The notes under the pieces were generated by a model. The model was not told where the DNA came from and searched no databases. It was given only the letters and a program-made list of their open reading frames with translations. Shown piece by piece: positions 1 to 9,747 of a stretch of DNA of 64,000 nt; positions within the stretch are counted from its first letter, which is position 1; every line of letters starts with the position of its first letter. The translations under genes and the position numbers were made by a program. The DNA lies in assembly GCA_964413095.1 (NCBI GenBank), contig CAYPRJ010000001.1, forward strand, positions 6,975 through 70,974, given 5' to 3'. Source of the stretch: Candidatus Woesearchaeota archaeon (lineage in GTDB: Archaea; Nanobdellota; Nanobdellia; Pacearchaeales; GW2011-AR1).

Positions 1-987
1 CCATGGACTTTACCCCTTTTTATTAAAAATAAAATGATTAATCCCTTGGCTGCAGGATTAATGAGTTTTTTAGTTGATGGTTCTAGAACACTTTTGGTTG
101 CAGGAACAAGAAGTTCTGGGAAAACTTCTTTGCTCGGAAGTTTAATGTTAGAGATAATCCCAAAATACAGAATTATTGTTGTTGAGGATTCTTTAGAGTT
201 GCCTGTTGAATCTCTTAAAGATCTTAATTATGATATTTTAAGAATGAAAGTTCGTTCTGCTTTACTTAAAACTACAACAGAGGTTTCTGCTGAAGATGGG
301 ATTAGGACTAGTTTAAGATTAGGAGATTCTTGTTTAATTGTAGGAGAGGTTAGAAGTGTTGAAGCCAAGGCTCTTTATGAGGCTATGAGGGTTGGAGCTT
401 TGGCAAATGTGGTAGCAGGAACAATTCATGGTGCTTCTCCTTATGGGGTTTTTGACAGAGTTGTAAATGATTTAGAAGTTCCAGCTACAAGTTTTAAAGC
501 AACAGATTTAATTGCTGTTTGCAATCCAGTGAAAACTCCTGATGGATTGCATTCTTACAGACGTGTCATGCAACTTTCTGAAATAAGAAAACATTGGAAA
601 GAAGATCCTATCAGTGAAAATGGATTTGTTGATTTGTTAAAATATAATGTTAAAAAAGATGAGCTTGAAGCTACTGATGATTTAATGAATGGAGATAGTG
701 AGATTATAAAAGATATTGCTTCTAATGTAAAAGGCTGGGCAGGAAACTGGGATGCTGTTTATGATAATATTTTGCTCAGAGCTAAAATAAAAAAAGAACT
801 TGTAGATATTGCAAAAAAAACTGGCAAAGAAAAAATTTTAGAAGCTAATTTTAATTTACTTTCAAATCATATGTTTCATAAAATTTCTGATAAAGTTAGG
901 GAAGAAGTTGGTCTGCCTTTAAGTGAGAGAGTTTTTCCTGAATGGCAAAAATGGTTGAATGAAGAAATTAAAAAAAGAAAATTTTGA
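1..987 (+). CDS. Type II/IV secretion/pilus ATPase (VirB11/TadA/FlaI family), 5' part outside window
   Basis: Walker A GTRSSGKT, VVED Asp box, IVGEVR Walker B, GTIH His box; frame open from base 1. Confidence 0.9.
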   Translation, partial: PWTLPLFIKNKMINPLAAGLMSFLVDGSRTLLVAGTRSSGKTSLLGSLMLEIIPKYRIIVVEDSLELPVESLKDLNYDILRMKVRSALLKTTTEVSAEDGIRTSLRLGDSCLIVGEVRSVEAKALYEAMRVGALANVVAGTIHGASPYGVFDRVVNDLEVPATSFKATDLIAVCNPVKTPDGLHSYRRVMQLSEIRKHWKEDPISENGFVDLLKYNVKKDELEATDDLMNGDSEIIKDIASNVKGWAGNWDAVYDNILLRAKIKKELVDIAKKTGKEKILEANFNLLSNHMFHKISDKVREEVGLPLSERVFPEWQKWLNEEIKKRKF

Positions 988-1020
988 AAGTTTTATAAAT
1001 AATATTTTCTTAGTCTGTTT

Positions 1021-1533
1021 ATGGTTGCAAGAAAAGAAATTAAGAAAAGAGTTGAGGATTATGAACGCAGAGCCAGAGTTAATGAAGAAAGAGCTGTTTA
1101 TTTGGGAAAAGGTACTAGAGCTCCTCCTCAAGAAAAAATAGATGAATTAATTAAAAAATCAACTTCTTATAGATTAAAAGCAGGGAATTATTGGTATTCA
1201 CTGGGAAATTTTCCAAAAGCAGAAAAAAATTATAACATGGCTGATAAATATTTACAGATGTATAAAAAAGGAAGTAAGGAATTAAGAGAAAAAATAGAAG
1301 GGAAATTAAATTCAGTAAAAAAGAATAAAGGATTATTATCTAAAATTTTTGAAACTAAATTTGTTGCATTTTTATCAATGATAGTATTTGGAGTAGCATT
1401 GGTTTCTATTTCTCTTAAAATGACTGGATTTGCAATAGGCAATTCAGAAAATATTTCTGCTTTTGTTAGTGTGGGTTTTTTTGTTATTGGCTTAGTTCTT
1501 GCATTTATTTATCTTAAGCATAAGGAAAAATAA
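1021..1533 (+). CDS. Hypothetical protein with two C-terminal TM helices
   Basis: ORF; hydrophobic C-terminal hairpin around TGFAI. Confidence 0.7.
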   Translation: MVARKEIKKRVEDYERRARVNEERAVYLGKGTRAPPQEKIDELIKKSTSYRLKAGNYWYSLGNFPKAEKNYNMADKYLQMYKKGSKELREKIEGKLNSVKKNKGLLSKIFETKFVAFLSMIVFGVALVSISLKMTGFAIGNSENISAFVSVGFFVIGLVLAFIYLKHKEK

Positions 1534-1582
1534 TTTCAAAACATTTATTAATAAATTTTCTCTTATAAAATAGAGGTGAATA

Positions 1583-1885
1583 ATGGTTGAATGGCTAACT
1601 TATGGATTACAAGTTGAAATTGTTACAATTGGATTGCTGATTTATGGACTGGCTGTTTTTTTAAGAGCTGTAAAACGTATTGATCAAGAATATAGGTTTG
1701 CAATTTTTTTAGTTTTGCTTGCTTTAATAATGGAAGTTATTCAGGGAACTATGGGAAGAATTCTTTTAACAAGCAATATAGGTGTTGAAAGTCCCCTATG
1801 GTTAGTATCACCTTTTGTTGGGGTTGTTGGAGCATATTTTTTAGTTTTAGGAGCAAGAAAATTTCTTTCAGCAAGTGAGAAGTAA
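1583..1885 (+). CDS. Small membrane protein
   Basis: ORF with 3 hydrophobic segments; GAGGTGA RBS upstream. Confidence 0.7.
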   Translation: MVEWLTYGLQVEIVTIGLLIYGLAVFLRAVKRIDQEYRFAIFLVLLALIMEVIQGTMGRILLTSNIGVESPLWLVSPFVGVVGAYFLVLGARKFLSASEK

Positions 1886-1936
1886 GTTTAACAATATATT
1901 TATTAATTGGTTTTATTTTTTTAATAAGAGGTGAAT

Positions 1937-4114
1937 ATGGCAAAATCTCAGAAGAAGCCAAGTGTTGATGATATTCTTAGAAAGTATGGGGCGAAGATAG
2001 AAGGAAAAATTAAGACTTCTGGTGTAAATCGAAAAGTAAAAACAGATTATAGCAGAGAGTATGTTAAATTTAAAAGTGAGATGGCTCCTGAACTTTCAAA
2101 ATTTGAAAAATGGTGTCATAGTCTTGGAAATATTTTAAAATTAAAAATTTCAGAAAAAGACGAGAAAAAAATTAAAAGACAGATTGAAATTGCACATCTC
2201 GACATAGAGCCATGGCAGGCATTGACTTTAAGTGTTGTTGCTTTTGCAAGTGTTTTTATTTTTGGTTTGTTGGCGTCTGTATTAGTAGCTTTAATTAGAG
2301 GAGGTATTTCTGAATTTCCTTTTTTGTTTTTCTTTTTAATGATTATTGTTTCTTTTTTTTCATTTTATATTGTTAATGGAATTCCTGCAAGGCTTGCTAA
2401 CAAGTGGAGACTTAAAGCTTCTTCACAAATGGTGCCAGCAATTTTGTATATTGTTATTTATATGAGGCACACACCCAATCTTGAAAGAGCAATTTCTTTT
2501 GCTTCTGAGCATTTACAATACCCTCTTGCTTTAGATTTTAAAAGAGTTTTTTATGGTGTTTCTGTTGGAAAATTTTCTACAATTAAAGAAAGTTTAGACA
2601 ACTACTTAGAGACATGGAGAGATTATTCTATTGAATTTATTGAAAGTTTTCATTTGATAGAAAGCAGTTTGTTTGAGCCAAATGAAGAGAGGAGAATTGC
2701 TTCTCTTGAAAAAGCTTTACAGGTTGTACTTGACGGAGTTTATGGTAAGATGCTTAAATTTACCCACAAGGTAAGAAGCCCTTTGACTAATGTTTATATG
2801 CTCGGAGTTGTTTTGCCGACTCTTGGTTTAGCTTTGTTGCCATTGGCTTCTGCAATGCTTGGAGGTTTTTTAAAATGGCATCATGTTCTTATTTTGTTTA
2901 ATCTTATACTTCCTTTTTTGGTTTTTTATCTTACAGATAAAATTATGTTTTTGCGTCCTGGTGGCTATGGTGAAACAGACTTATTAGAAAGAAATCCTCT
3001 GTATTCCAAATATAAAGATAACAGCCATTACACAAAAGCTTTTTTGATTTGTCTTCCTTTTTTGCTTATAGGTTTGTTGCCTTTAATTTTTCAATACACC
3101 CCAATTCCAGAAATTCTTGGTTTGCAAAGTGATTATACTTTTTCTAATTTAGGGTTGGGTCTTTTAGGAGATGAATCTATTTTTGGGTTTATAGAAACTA
3201 CTGAAGGTTTTAAGGGACCTTTTGGTGTTGGAGCTTTAGTTTTTAGTATGTTTATTCCATTAGGAATAGCTTTATTTTTTTCAACAGCTTTTAAGTCTAA
3301 GACAAAAGAATTAATTGTAGAAAGGAAAAAAACAAAGCAATTAGAAAAAGAGTTTAATAATTCTCTTTTTCAGTTAGGAAATAGAATAGGTAATGGGACT
3401 CCTCCTGAACTTGCTTTTGGAAAAGTTGCAGAATCTTCTCGCGGTTTGATAACAGAGAATTTTTTTAACAGAGTAAATTATAATATAAGGCAAATGGGTA
3501 TGAGCGTTGAGAAAGCTATTTTTGATCCAAAAATTGGAGCTATGAGATACTATCCTTCTGCATTAATTCTTACAAGTATGAGAATTCTTATAGAATCAGC
3601 AAAAAAAGGTTTAAAGATTGCTGCTAGGAGTCTTATGAGCATTTCAGAGTATGTAAAAAATATACAAAAAATAACTAGCAGACTTAAAGATTTGCTTGCA
3701 GAAATAGTTTCTGATATGAAAAGTAATATGACTTTTTTAGCTCCTTTACTTTCTGGAGTTGTTGTTGGTTTATCTATTATGATTACTTCTATTTTAGGGA
3801 AATTAAATTTAGCAAGTCTATCAGAAACAGATGTTGGAATTGGAAACTTAGATACAATTTTAAATATTTTTAATTTAGGAAACATGATTCCTCCTTATTA
3901 TTTGCAAATAATAATTGGTGTTTATTTAATTGAAATAGTTTTTATTTTAACAAGAACACTTGTGGCAATTGATTCAGGAGAAGATAAATTAGAAAAAACA
4001 AATAAAATAGGAAAAAATCTTATGAAAGGAATTACTCTTTATTTTATTGTAGCTCTTTTAGCAACTTTAGCTTTGTTTGTTTTAAGTTCTGTGGTTCTTG
4101 GAAATTTAGTTTAA
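1937..4114 (+). CDS. Pilus platform protein (TadC/FlaJ/T2SS-F-like), multi-TM
   Basis: Two cytoplasmic domains separated by TM helices; follows the ATPase; GAGGTGA RBS before ATG 1937. Confidence 0.75.
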   Translation: MAKSQKKPSVDDILRKYGAKIEGKIKTSGVNRKVKTDYSREYVKFKSEMAPELSKFEKWCHSLGNILKLKISEKDEKKIKRQIEIAHLDIEPWQALTLSVVAFASVFIFGLLASVLVALIRGGISEFPFLFFFLMIIVSFFSFYIVNGIPARLANKWRLKASSQMVPAILYIVIYMRHTPNLERAISFASEHLQYPLALDFKRVFYGVSVGKFSTIKESLDNYLETWRDYSIEFIESFHLIESSLFEPNEERRIASLEKALQVVLDGVYGKMLKFTHKVRSPLTNVYMLGVVLPTLGLALLPLASAMLGGFLKWHHVLILFNLILPFLVFYLTDKIMFLRPGGYGETDLLERNPLYSKYKDNSHYTKAFLICLPFLLIGLLPLIFQYTPIPEILGLQSDYTFSNLGLGLLGDESIFGFIETTEGFKGPFGVGALVFSMFIPLGIALFFSTAFKSKTKELIVERKKTKQLEKEFNNSLFQLGNRIGNGTPPELAFGKVAESSRGLITENFFNRVNYNIRQMGMSVEKAIFDPKIGAMRYYPSALILTSMRILIESAKKGLKIAARSLMSISEYVKNIQKITSRLKDLLAEIVSDMKSNMTFLAPLLSGVVVGLSIMITSILGKLNLASLSETDVGIGNLDTILNIFNLGNMIPPYYLQIIIGVYLIEIVFILTRTLVAIDSGEDKLEKTNKIGKNLMKGITLYFIVALLATLALFVLSSVVLGNLV

Positions 4115-4168
4115 GTATATCTTTTTTTATAAGAAAATTTAAAAACCTGAATTTAATTTTGAAAAGTT

Positions 4169-5302
4169 ATGAAAGGATATGATAGAGAAGAACAATTAAG
4201 ACAACAAGCATCTTTTTATGGGTTTAGAAAAAACCAGGAAGAAAAAGAAAGTATAAAGAAGCTTGTTAGAAAGTTATCTTTTGCCGGAGGAATAATATTG
4301 TTTTCTATGGGAGCTTGGCAAGCATCTTCGTCTTTTGTTGAAGAATTTAAGGAAAAAGAAAAAGATATCGCTAGACTTCAAAAATCTTATGATAATAAGA
4401 TTGAAGAATTTAAAAATTTAGAAGACAAAAACAAAAACTTAGAAAAAATTATTGAAGAGATTTTACCAAAATTAGAAAACAGGATAGCTAGTATAGAAGA
4501 ATCAGATCCTGGAATTATGTGGGATGCTGAAAATCTTATTAATAAATTAAGAGGGGGATATAATCAAGAGATTGATTTAAGAGAGTTAGAATCTTTGGTG
4601 ACAATTATTCCCAATAATATTACCAGAGCACAGCATACTTTGCTTGAAAGAAAACATGGAATTAATCTTTACAAACCCACTGAATCTTTTATAAAAAATC
4701 ATTTAGCAAATAATGGACATACTTATGTTACAAGTGAGCAAGGACAGAGAACACATGTTAAATTTAATGTAAATGAGTTAGATATTAGAGATATAGGAGG
4801 TAATTGGTTTTATATTGATGGGGAGCTTGGTTCTTGGAAAAAGGAAACTGTCAAAGGAATGAATGCATTTGTAAGGGATATTTTTCATAATGCAATTGAT
4901 TTATTTAATTCTTATGATAAAAGTATTTTTGTGAGGCATGAAGGGGAGATTGTTCTTTTTGAAGATTTTCATTCTGATGGCATTGAAGACCCTTATAATG
5001 ATCCTCTTGGAAGAAGTTGTATTTATGGGTTTGAGGAAGAAGGAAAAAAATATAGAGTTCAACTTTCTCATTTGAATGATGAATTACCTATAAAATTTAA
5101 ACCAGGAGACAAAGTTTATCCAGGAGATATTTTGGGAATTATTGGGAAAACAGGATTTGCTACAGGCCCACACCTTGATGTTAGATATTTTAAAAAAGAA
5201 AATAATGGGTGGAAAGAACTGATTTTATATTCAAATCGCACTTTTAATCCAGGAGAAAATTTTCTTTATGTTGACTGGATAAATAAGGACTGGAGAGAAT
5301 AA
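4169..5302 (+). CDS. Membrane-anchored coiled-coil protein with C-terminal M23 (LytM) metallopeptidase domain
   Basis: HNAID (HxxxD), LSHLN, KPGDKVYPGDILGIIGKTGFATGPHLD; N-terminal TM then coiled coil. Confidence 0.85.
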   Translation: MKGYDREEQLRQQASFYGFRKNQEEKESIKKLVRKLSFAGGIILFSMGAWQASSSFVEEFKEKEKDIARLQKSYDNKIEEFKNLEDKNKNLEKIIEEILPKLENRIASIEESDPGIMWDAENLINKLRGGYNQEIDLRELESLVTIIPNNITRAQHTLLERKHGINLYKPTESFIKNHLANNGHTYVTSEQGQRTHVKFNVNELDIRDIGGNWFYIDGELGSWKKETVKGMNAFVRDIFHNAIDLFNSYDKSIFVRHEGEIVLFEDFHSDGIEDPYNDPLGRSCIYGFEEEGKKYRVQLSHLNDELPIKFKPGDKVYPGDILGIIGKTGFATGPHLDVRYFKKENNGWKELILYSNRTFNPGENFLYVDWINKDWRE

Positions 5303-5332
5303 TATCGTCTGCTTTGTTGAAAAAGTTGTTAT

Positions 5333-5370
5333 TTTTTTGACTTATTAAACATTTTTTGACTTATTAAACA
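5333..5370. repeat. 19-bp tandem duplication TTTTTTGACTTATTAAACA x2
   Basis: Read directly. Confidence 0.85.
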
Positions 5371-5503
5371 GAAAATTAGCTTCTTTGTTCGCAGATTGAT
5401 AAATTATTATTTGTGAGATTTTATTATTAGTTATTAATCGTGAGCTGAAAGCAAAAGCAATATTTTTTAACCAGATTTTAATTATTAAACAGAGTTAATT
5501 TTA

Positions 5504-5525
5504 TCTAAACATTTATTAATATCTT
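5504..5525 (+). promoter_or_regulatory. Putative BRE/TATA promoter, 22-mer identical to 9312-9333
   Basis: TCTAAACATTTATTAATATCTT; TTTATTAA starts 29 nt before ATG 5541. Confidence 0.6.
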
Positions 5526-5540
5526 CTTCTCTTTTTATAT

Positions 5541-5699
5541 ATGAGAAAAATAAAAAAAGGTGTTGTTTCAGAATATCTTCCTTGGTTATTAATAGCAATT
5601 GCAGTTCTTGCTATAGTTATGATTACTCTTTTTTTGCTGAAAGATAGGGGATTTTCTTTGATTGATAAAATAAAAGATTTATTTACAGGGGGCATATAA
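5541..5699 (+). CDS. Small type IV pilin-like protein (52 aa, not in ORF track)
   Basis: MRKIKKG/VVSEYLPWLLIAIAVLAIVMITLF: class III signal peptide pattern. Confidence 0.8.
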   Translation: MRKIKKGVVSEYLPWLLIAIAVLAIVMITLFLLKDRGFSLIDKIKDLFTGGI

Positions 5700-5866
5700 T
5701 GGCAAATTTAACAGTTCCTCAGTTAATTAAAATTATTATTGGAATTGCTGTAGTTGTTGTTGTAATTCTTGGTTTATTTTTATTTTTTAAAGAACAGGTA
5801 ATAGATTTTTTTAATAATTTTATAGGAGAAGAACCTCAAAAGTTTTTTCTTAGTTTTTTAAAATGA
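5699..5866 (+). CDS. Small pilin-like protein (55 aa, not in ORF track)
   Basis: MANLTVPQLIKIIIGIAVVVVVILGLFLFF; start/stop overlaps with both neighbours. Confidence 0.7.
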   Translation: MANLTVPQLIKIIIGIAVVVVVILGLFLFFKEQVIDFFNNFIGEEPQKFFLSFLK

Positions 5867-6378
5867 GAAATAAAAAAGGATTTTTATTAGGAGAAGAAAC
5901 CCTGAAAATAATTTTAGCTTTAGTTGCTATTGGTTTTTTAATTTATTTTTTAGTTTCTTTATATCTAGCAAACAGCAAAAGTAAAGATTTGGAACTTGCT
6001 GAAGCATCTTTAGAGCATTTAATTGAAGAAATAAATTCAAAAAATAGTGAAATTGAAATTTATAATCCTGAAGGTTGGTGGATAATTTCTTGGCCTTATG
6101 AAGGGATTATTCCTAATTCTTGTTCTAATGTTGGCTGGGAAAATTGTGTTTGTATTTATAGAGGGGAATCAGGTATAGGCAAGTTTTTTAAAAATTTAGG
6201 AAGCAGAATGGGTTTAAGCAAAGATGAAAAAGAAAGATTAGCAATTATTGTAGATGATGAGGAAAGAGCTCTTTGTCTAGAAAGTGATTTTTCTTTTGAA
6301 ACAAACCCAACAAAAATACAAAATCCTCCTTTAACATTAAACATAGAATATAATGAGGAAATAATAATAACAAGGTAA
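5863..6378 (+). CDS. Type IV pilin-like protein
   Basis: MRNKKG/FLLGEETLKIILALVAIGFLIYF; Cys-containing globular domain. Confidence 0.8.
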   Translation: MRNKKGFLLGEETLKIILALVAIGFLIYFLVSLYLANSKSKDLELAEASLEHLIEEINSKNSEIEIYNPEGWWIISWPYEGIIPNSCSNVGWENCVCIYRGESGIGKFFKNLGSRMGLSKDEKERLAIIVDDEERALCLESDFSFETNPTKIQNPPLTLNIEYNEEIIITR

Positions 6379-6379
6379 A

Positions 6380-6484
6380 ATGGATTTAGATGCATTAATA
6401 AAATATTTAATATGGATTGTTTTTTTTGGATTAGCTTTGGCTGGGATGTATTTTATGCTTAAAAGATTTGGAGTAGTAGGATGA
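6380..6484 (+). CDS. 34-aa single-TM peptide in pilin operon (not in ORF track)
   Basis: MDLDALIKYLIWIVFFGLALAGMYFMLKRFGVVG; ATGA overlap with next gene. Confidence 0.6.
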   Translation: MDLDALIKYLIWIVFFGLALAGMYFMLKRFGVVG

Positions 6485-7257
6485 AAGTTAATTCAGGTAA
6501 AAAAGGTGAAATTTCAACAAGATATTTAATTATGATAATAATTTTAATTGCAAGTTTTGCTATAATTTTGTTTTTTATTTTTAGATTGAATTTACAAGAA
6601 ACAGGTGATAAAGAAATTTGCCATAATTCTGTTGTTTTAAAATCAAAAGGAAAAGGACTTGTGGGAGATTTGGATTGCAAGACAAATTATGTTTGTATTT
6701 CTGGAGGAAAAGATTGTGAGGGAATAAATCCTACTACTACAATTAAGGTTGATCCTAAAAACAAAGAAGAAATTATGAAGGCAATAGCAGAAGAAATGGC
6801 AGATTGCTGGTGGATGTTTGGGGAAGGAGAATTGGATTATTTAGGTTTAGGAGAAGAAGGACTCTCAAAAACAACTTGCGCAATGTGTTCTATTATTAAG
6901 TTTGATGAAAAGATATTAAAAGAAGATTATAAAATAACTTATACAGAATTTTATGAATATCTTAATACAATTAAAAAAGATGAATCTCAGACTTATTTAA
7001 CTTATTTGTATGATGTTTATAATATTAAAGAACTTCAGGAAAACTTTTTCTTAGATAAGGATATTGAGAAAAATTTTATTTTAACAAAAGATAGATATGC
7101 AATTGTAACAGGAGTAAAAAAAGGAGCTACAATTAAGGTTTTTGGAAAAGATATTAATTTGCCTTGGTTTAAGAGAAATTTAATTCCTTCTTATTATATT
7201 AAATCTGAAAGTTTAAGTGAAGAGTTGGGTTGCGATGAGTATGTTACTAAGGCTTAG
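6481..7257 (+). CDS. Type IV pilin-like protein, Cys-rich
   Basis: KKG/EISTRYLIMIIILIASFAIILFF. Confidence 0.8.
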   Translation: MKVNSGKKGEISTRYLIMIIILIASFAIILFFIFRLNLQETGDKEICHNSVVLKSKGKGLVGDLDCKTNYVCISGGKDCEGINPTTTIKVDPKNKEEIMKAIAEEMADCWWMFGEGELDYLGLGEEGLSKTTCAMCSIIKFDEKILKEDYKITYTEFYEYLNTIKKDESQTYLTYLYDVYNIKELQENFFLDKDIEKNFILTKDRYAIVTGVKKGATIKVFGKDINLPWFKRNLIPSYYIKSESLSEELGCDEYVTKA

Positions 7258-9253
7258 AAAGATACTCTTTAGAACGTTTTGTTAAGTATAGTAGACCATG
7301 GTAAGTATCTATACCTTCTTCTTTAAAACTCTCAATGAATTTTTTATTTAAATTAGGTAACATAAAGATGAAATTTCTTCCCATTCTTTTTCCAAGTTCT
7401 GAAACTTTTCTTATAGCTTCTTCTTCTGGGATGTTTTTCTTTTCATAACTTTCAACTAATTCTTCAATTGGAGAAATGAAATTTCTTTTAATAAATCCAT
7501 TTAATTCTTCTTTACTCATATTATAAAGAGTCCTTTGAAATTTTGCTGCTTCTCTAAAATATTCTCCAGATTTAGAGATGGGTATATCTAAAATTTTGTA
7601 GGGATCTTCATCATATACTTCGTTGAGATAAAATTCTCCTCCTATTCTTTTTTGGTAATTTATTAAAGAATCAAGATAAGCTCTTTCAGTGTTTATATCC
7701 AGTTCTTCATCTAATATAAATATTGGAACAAAACCCTTTGATATAAAGGCCATACCTACATTTCCGTATCCAGGGAAACCGAATGTCTCTTCTTTACCCA
7801 CCTTATTTAGAAAGTCCCACGCATCTGTATTTTCCTTAAACTGCCAAATTTCTAGTTGTAGCATATTTGGATCAGATGCTTTTAAGGATTGAATGTTTTC
7901 TGTGTTATATAAAGCAGCTCCTAGACCTATAAGGTTTAGTTCATCCAATTCCCAATTTTCTTCTCTCATCTTAGCTATTTCTCTTTTATTAAGGATGTAA
8001 GGAAGTGTTCTTCCTTCAATATCTTGGATAAGTGAGATTCCTTCCAACTCCTCTCCTTGCAAGAAATAATCCTCTAATGTTTGAGGTCCTCTTTCGGCAA
8101 GTTCCTTTTCTTGTTGAAAAAGAATTTTTGAGAAATTAACTAGGTTTGCATAATAATCATCTAAATTTTTGCTGAAAACTTTAGAGTTCATTCCAAGATT
8201 TGCTTCTAATCCTCCCAGCATTTTCCAAGATGATTTTTCAGAATTTATTGCTAAAGAACCTTCTATTTCTGCACTTGGTCCAGCAATGCCGTAAACTAAG
8301 AAGTTTAGTCTTGGTTCAACATATGCATTTAAATTAGAAATCTTAGAAAGTTCAGGAGGAGAGAAATTAAAAGAGTTTGAAAAATCACTATCTTTATCCC
8401 ATTTTTTATCTTTATATGAAACTCCAGCACTTATAGAATTTTCTTCTGTTATAGAAGTTTCTATTGGAGAAATACTTCCCTCTAATCCAATATATAATTG
8501 TAATTCTGGTTTTATTATTATTGGCAGAGGAGTTCCTGGGATTACTCCTGCATTAAAAGGGGGGAAATTATATTGAGCGATTTTTATTTCTTTATTTATA
8601 TCTTCGAGGGATTCAGAAGAATTTATTTCTAATTCATATCCAATATCAGATTTATTTCTAAAAGATAATTCTTTTAAGGAGTTGTTTTGAATGTCACAAT
8701 TTATAAAAAATTTTGAATAAAAATTGAAATTTCCGTTTGCAGTTATTTGGTCTTCTGTAGTAGTTTTGTCTCCATCAGCATCATATAAAACAATTTCTTT
8801 GAAATCGTGATTTATATTAAGAGAACCTGCTTCATGGTGTTTTTTAAATGTTCCTTCTTTAGTTTTAAGAATATATTCTCCTGAAGGAGGGGATACTTCT
8901 AATTCAAAAGATGCATTTTTTACAGCCTCTTCTAAAGTGGCATCTTCTATTTGTATTGTCTTTTTATCTTCAGAAACATTATTTACTTTTTTTAAAAGTC
9001 CATAAGGGGTTGAATCGCTAATTCCTGTAGAGACTATATCTCCTGTAGAAAAAGAAACAGGTTCTGAGAAATCTATTCTGTTTTCTCCCACTGATGAAAT
9101 ATTTTTAATATCCTTTTCTGACAAAACAAGAGTATAAGGAGAAAGTTCATTTTTTGGTCCCAATAATGAAGAGATTTCTTTTTGACATCCTGCAAACAAA
9201 ACAGAAGCTCCTAGCAAAGCTCCAGCGATAATATTTCTAAGGTTTTTCTTCAT
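7247..9253 (-). CDS. Secreted lipoprotein-like protein, unknown function
   Basis: MKKNLRNIIAGALLGASVLFAG/C lipobox-like signal; beta-rich N-terminal region. Confidence 0.7.
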   Translation of the reverse strand: MKKNLRNIIAGALLGASVLFAGCQKEISSLLGPKNELSPYTLVLSEKDIKNISSVGENRIDFSEPVSFSTGDIVSTGISDSTPYGLLKKVNNVSEDKKTIQIEDATLEEAVKNASFELEVSPPSGEYILKTKEGTFKKHHEAGSLNINHDFKEIVLYDADGDKTTTEDQITANGNFNFYSKFFINCDIQNNSLKELSFRNKSDIGYELEINSSESLEDINKEIKIAQYNFPPFNAGVIPGTPLPIIIKPELQLYIGLEGSISPIETSITEENSISAGVSYKDKKWDKDSDFSNSFNFSPPELSKISNLNAYVEPRLNFLVYGIAGPSAEIEGSLAINSEKSSWKMLGGLEANLGMNSKVFSKNLDDYYANLVNFSKILFQQEKELAERGPQTLEDYFLQGEELEGISLIQDIEGRTLPYILNKREIAKMREENWELDELNLIGLGAALYNTENIQSLKASDPNMLQLEIWQFKENTDAWDFLNKVGKEETFGFPGYGNVGMAFISKGFVPIFILDEELDINTERAYLDSLINYQKRIGGEFYLNEVYDEDPYKILDIPISKSGEYFREAAKFQRTLYNMSKEELNGFIKRNFISPIEELVESYEKKNIPEEEAIRKVSELGKRMGRNFIFMLPNLNKKFIESFKEEGIDTYHGLLYLTKRSKEYLSKP

Positions 9254-9311
9254 TCCACCATATACTATTTTTTATATTTAAATATTATTATAGTCCTTTT
9301 CATTGCTTTTT

Positions 9312-9333
9312 TCTAAACATTTATTAATATCTT
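9312..9333 (+). promoter_or_regulatory. Putative BRE/TATA promoter, identical to 5504-5525
   Basis: Same 22-mer, same 29-nt spacing to ATG 9349. Confidence 0.6.
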
Positions 9334-9348
9334 TGTGTTTTTTAAAAT

Positions 9349-9747
9349 ATGAAGAATAAAAGAGGTGCAAATATTTTAACAGAGAACCTTATTTTTATTA
9401 TTTTGAATTTGGTTTTTATAAGTATTTTAATTATTTTTTTATTTTCTAAGACAGGAAGTGCTGCTGTTTTAGAGGAGAAATATGCTAAGCAAATAGCTTT
9501 GATAATTGATTCCGCAAAACCACAAATGACAATTAAACTTAATATGAAAGATGCTATTGATAAAGCAAAAAAAGAATGGGATGAATCAAAAATAGATGAA
9601 ATAGTGAAGATTAATGGCAATATTGTCTCAGTAAAACTTAGAGAGAAGGGAGGTTATAGTTATTCATTTTTTAATGATATAGAAGCTAATGTATATCTTG
9701 ATACTACAAATAATGAAGAATATATTATTACAGTAAATGAAAAATAA
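9349..9747 (+). CDS. Type IV pilin-like protein
   Basis: MKNKRG/ANILTENLIFIILNLVFISILIIF. Confidence 0.8.
   Translation: MKNKRGANILTENLIFIILNLVFISILIIFLFSKTGSAAVLEEKYAKQIALIIDSAKPQMTIKLNMKDAIDKAKKEWDESKIDEIVKINGNIVSVKLREKGGYSYSFFNDIEANVYLDTTNNEEYIITVNEK

Noticed and set aside
1..4114. Archaellum (fla/arl) operon
   Set aside because: No recognisable FlaH, FlaF/G or archaellins; content fits a pilus locus
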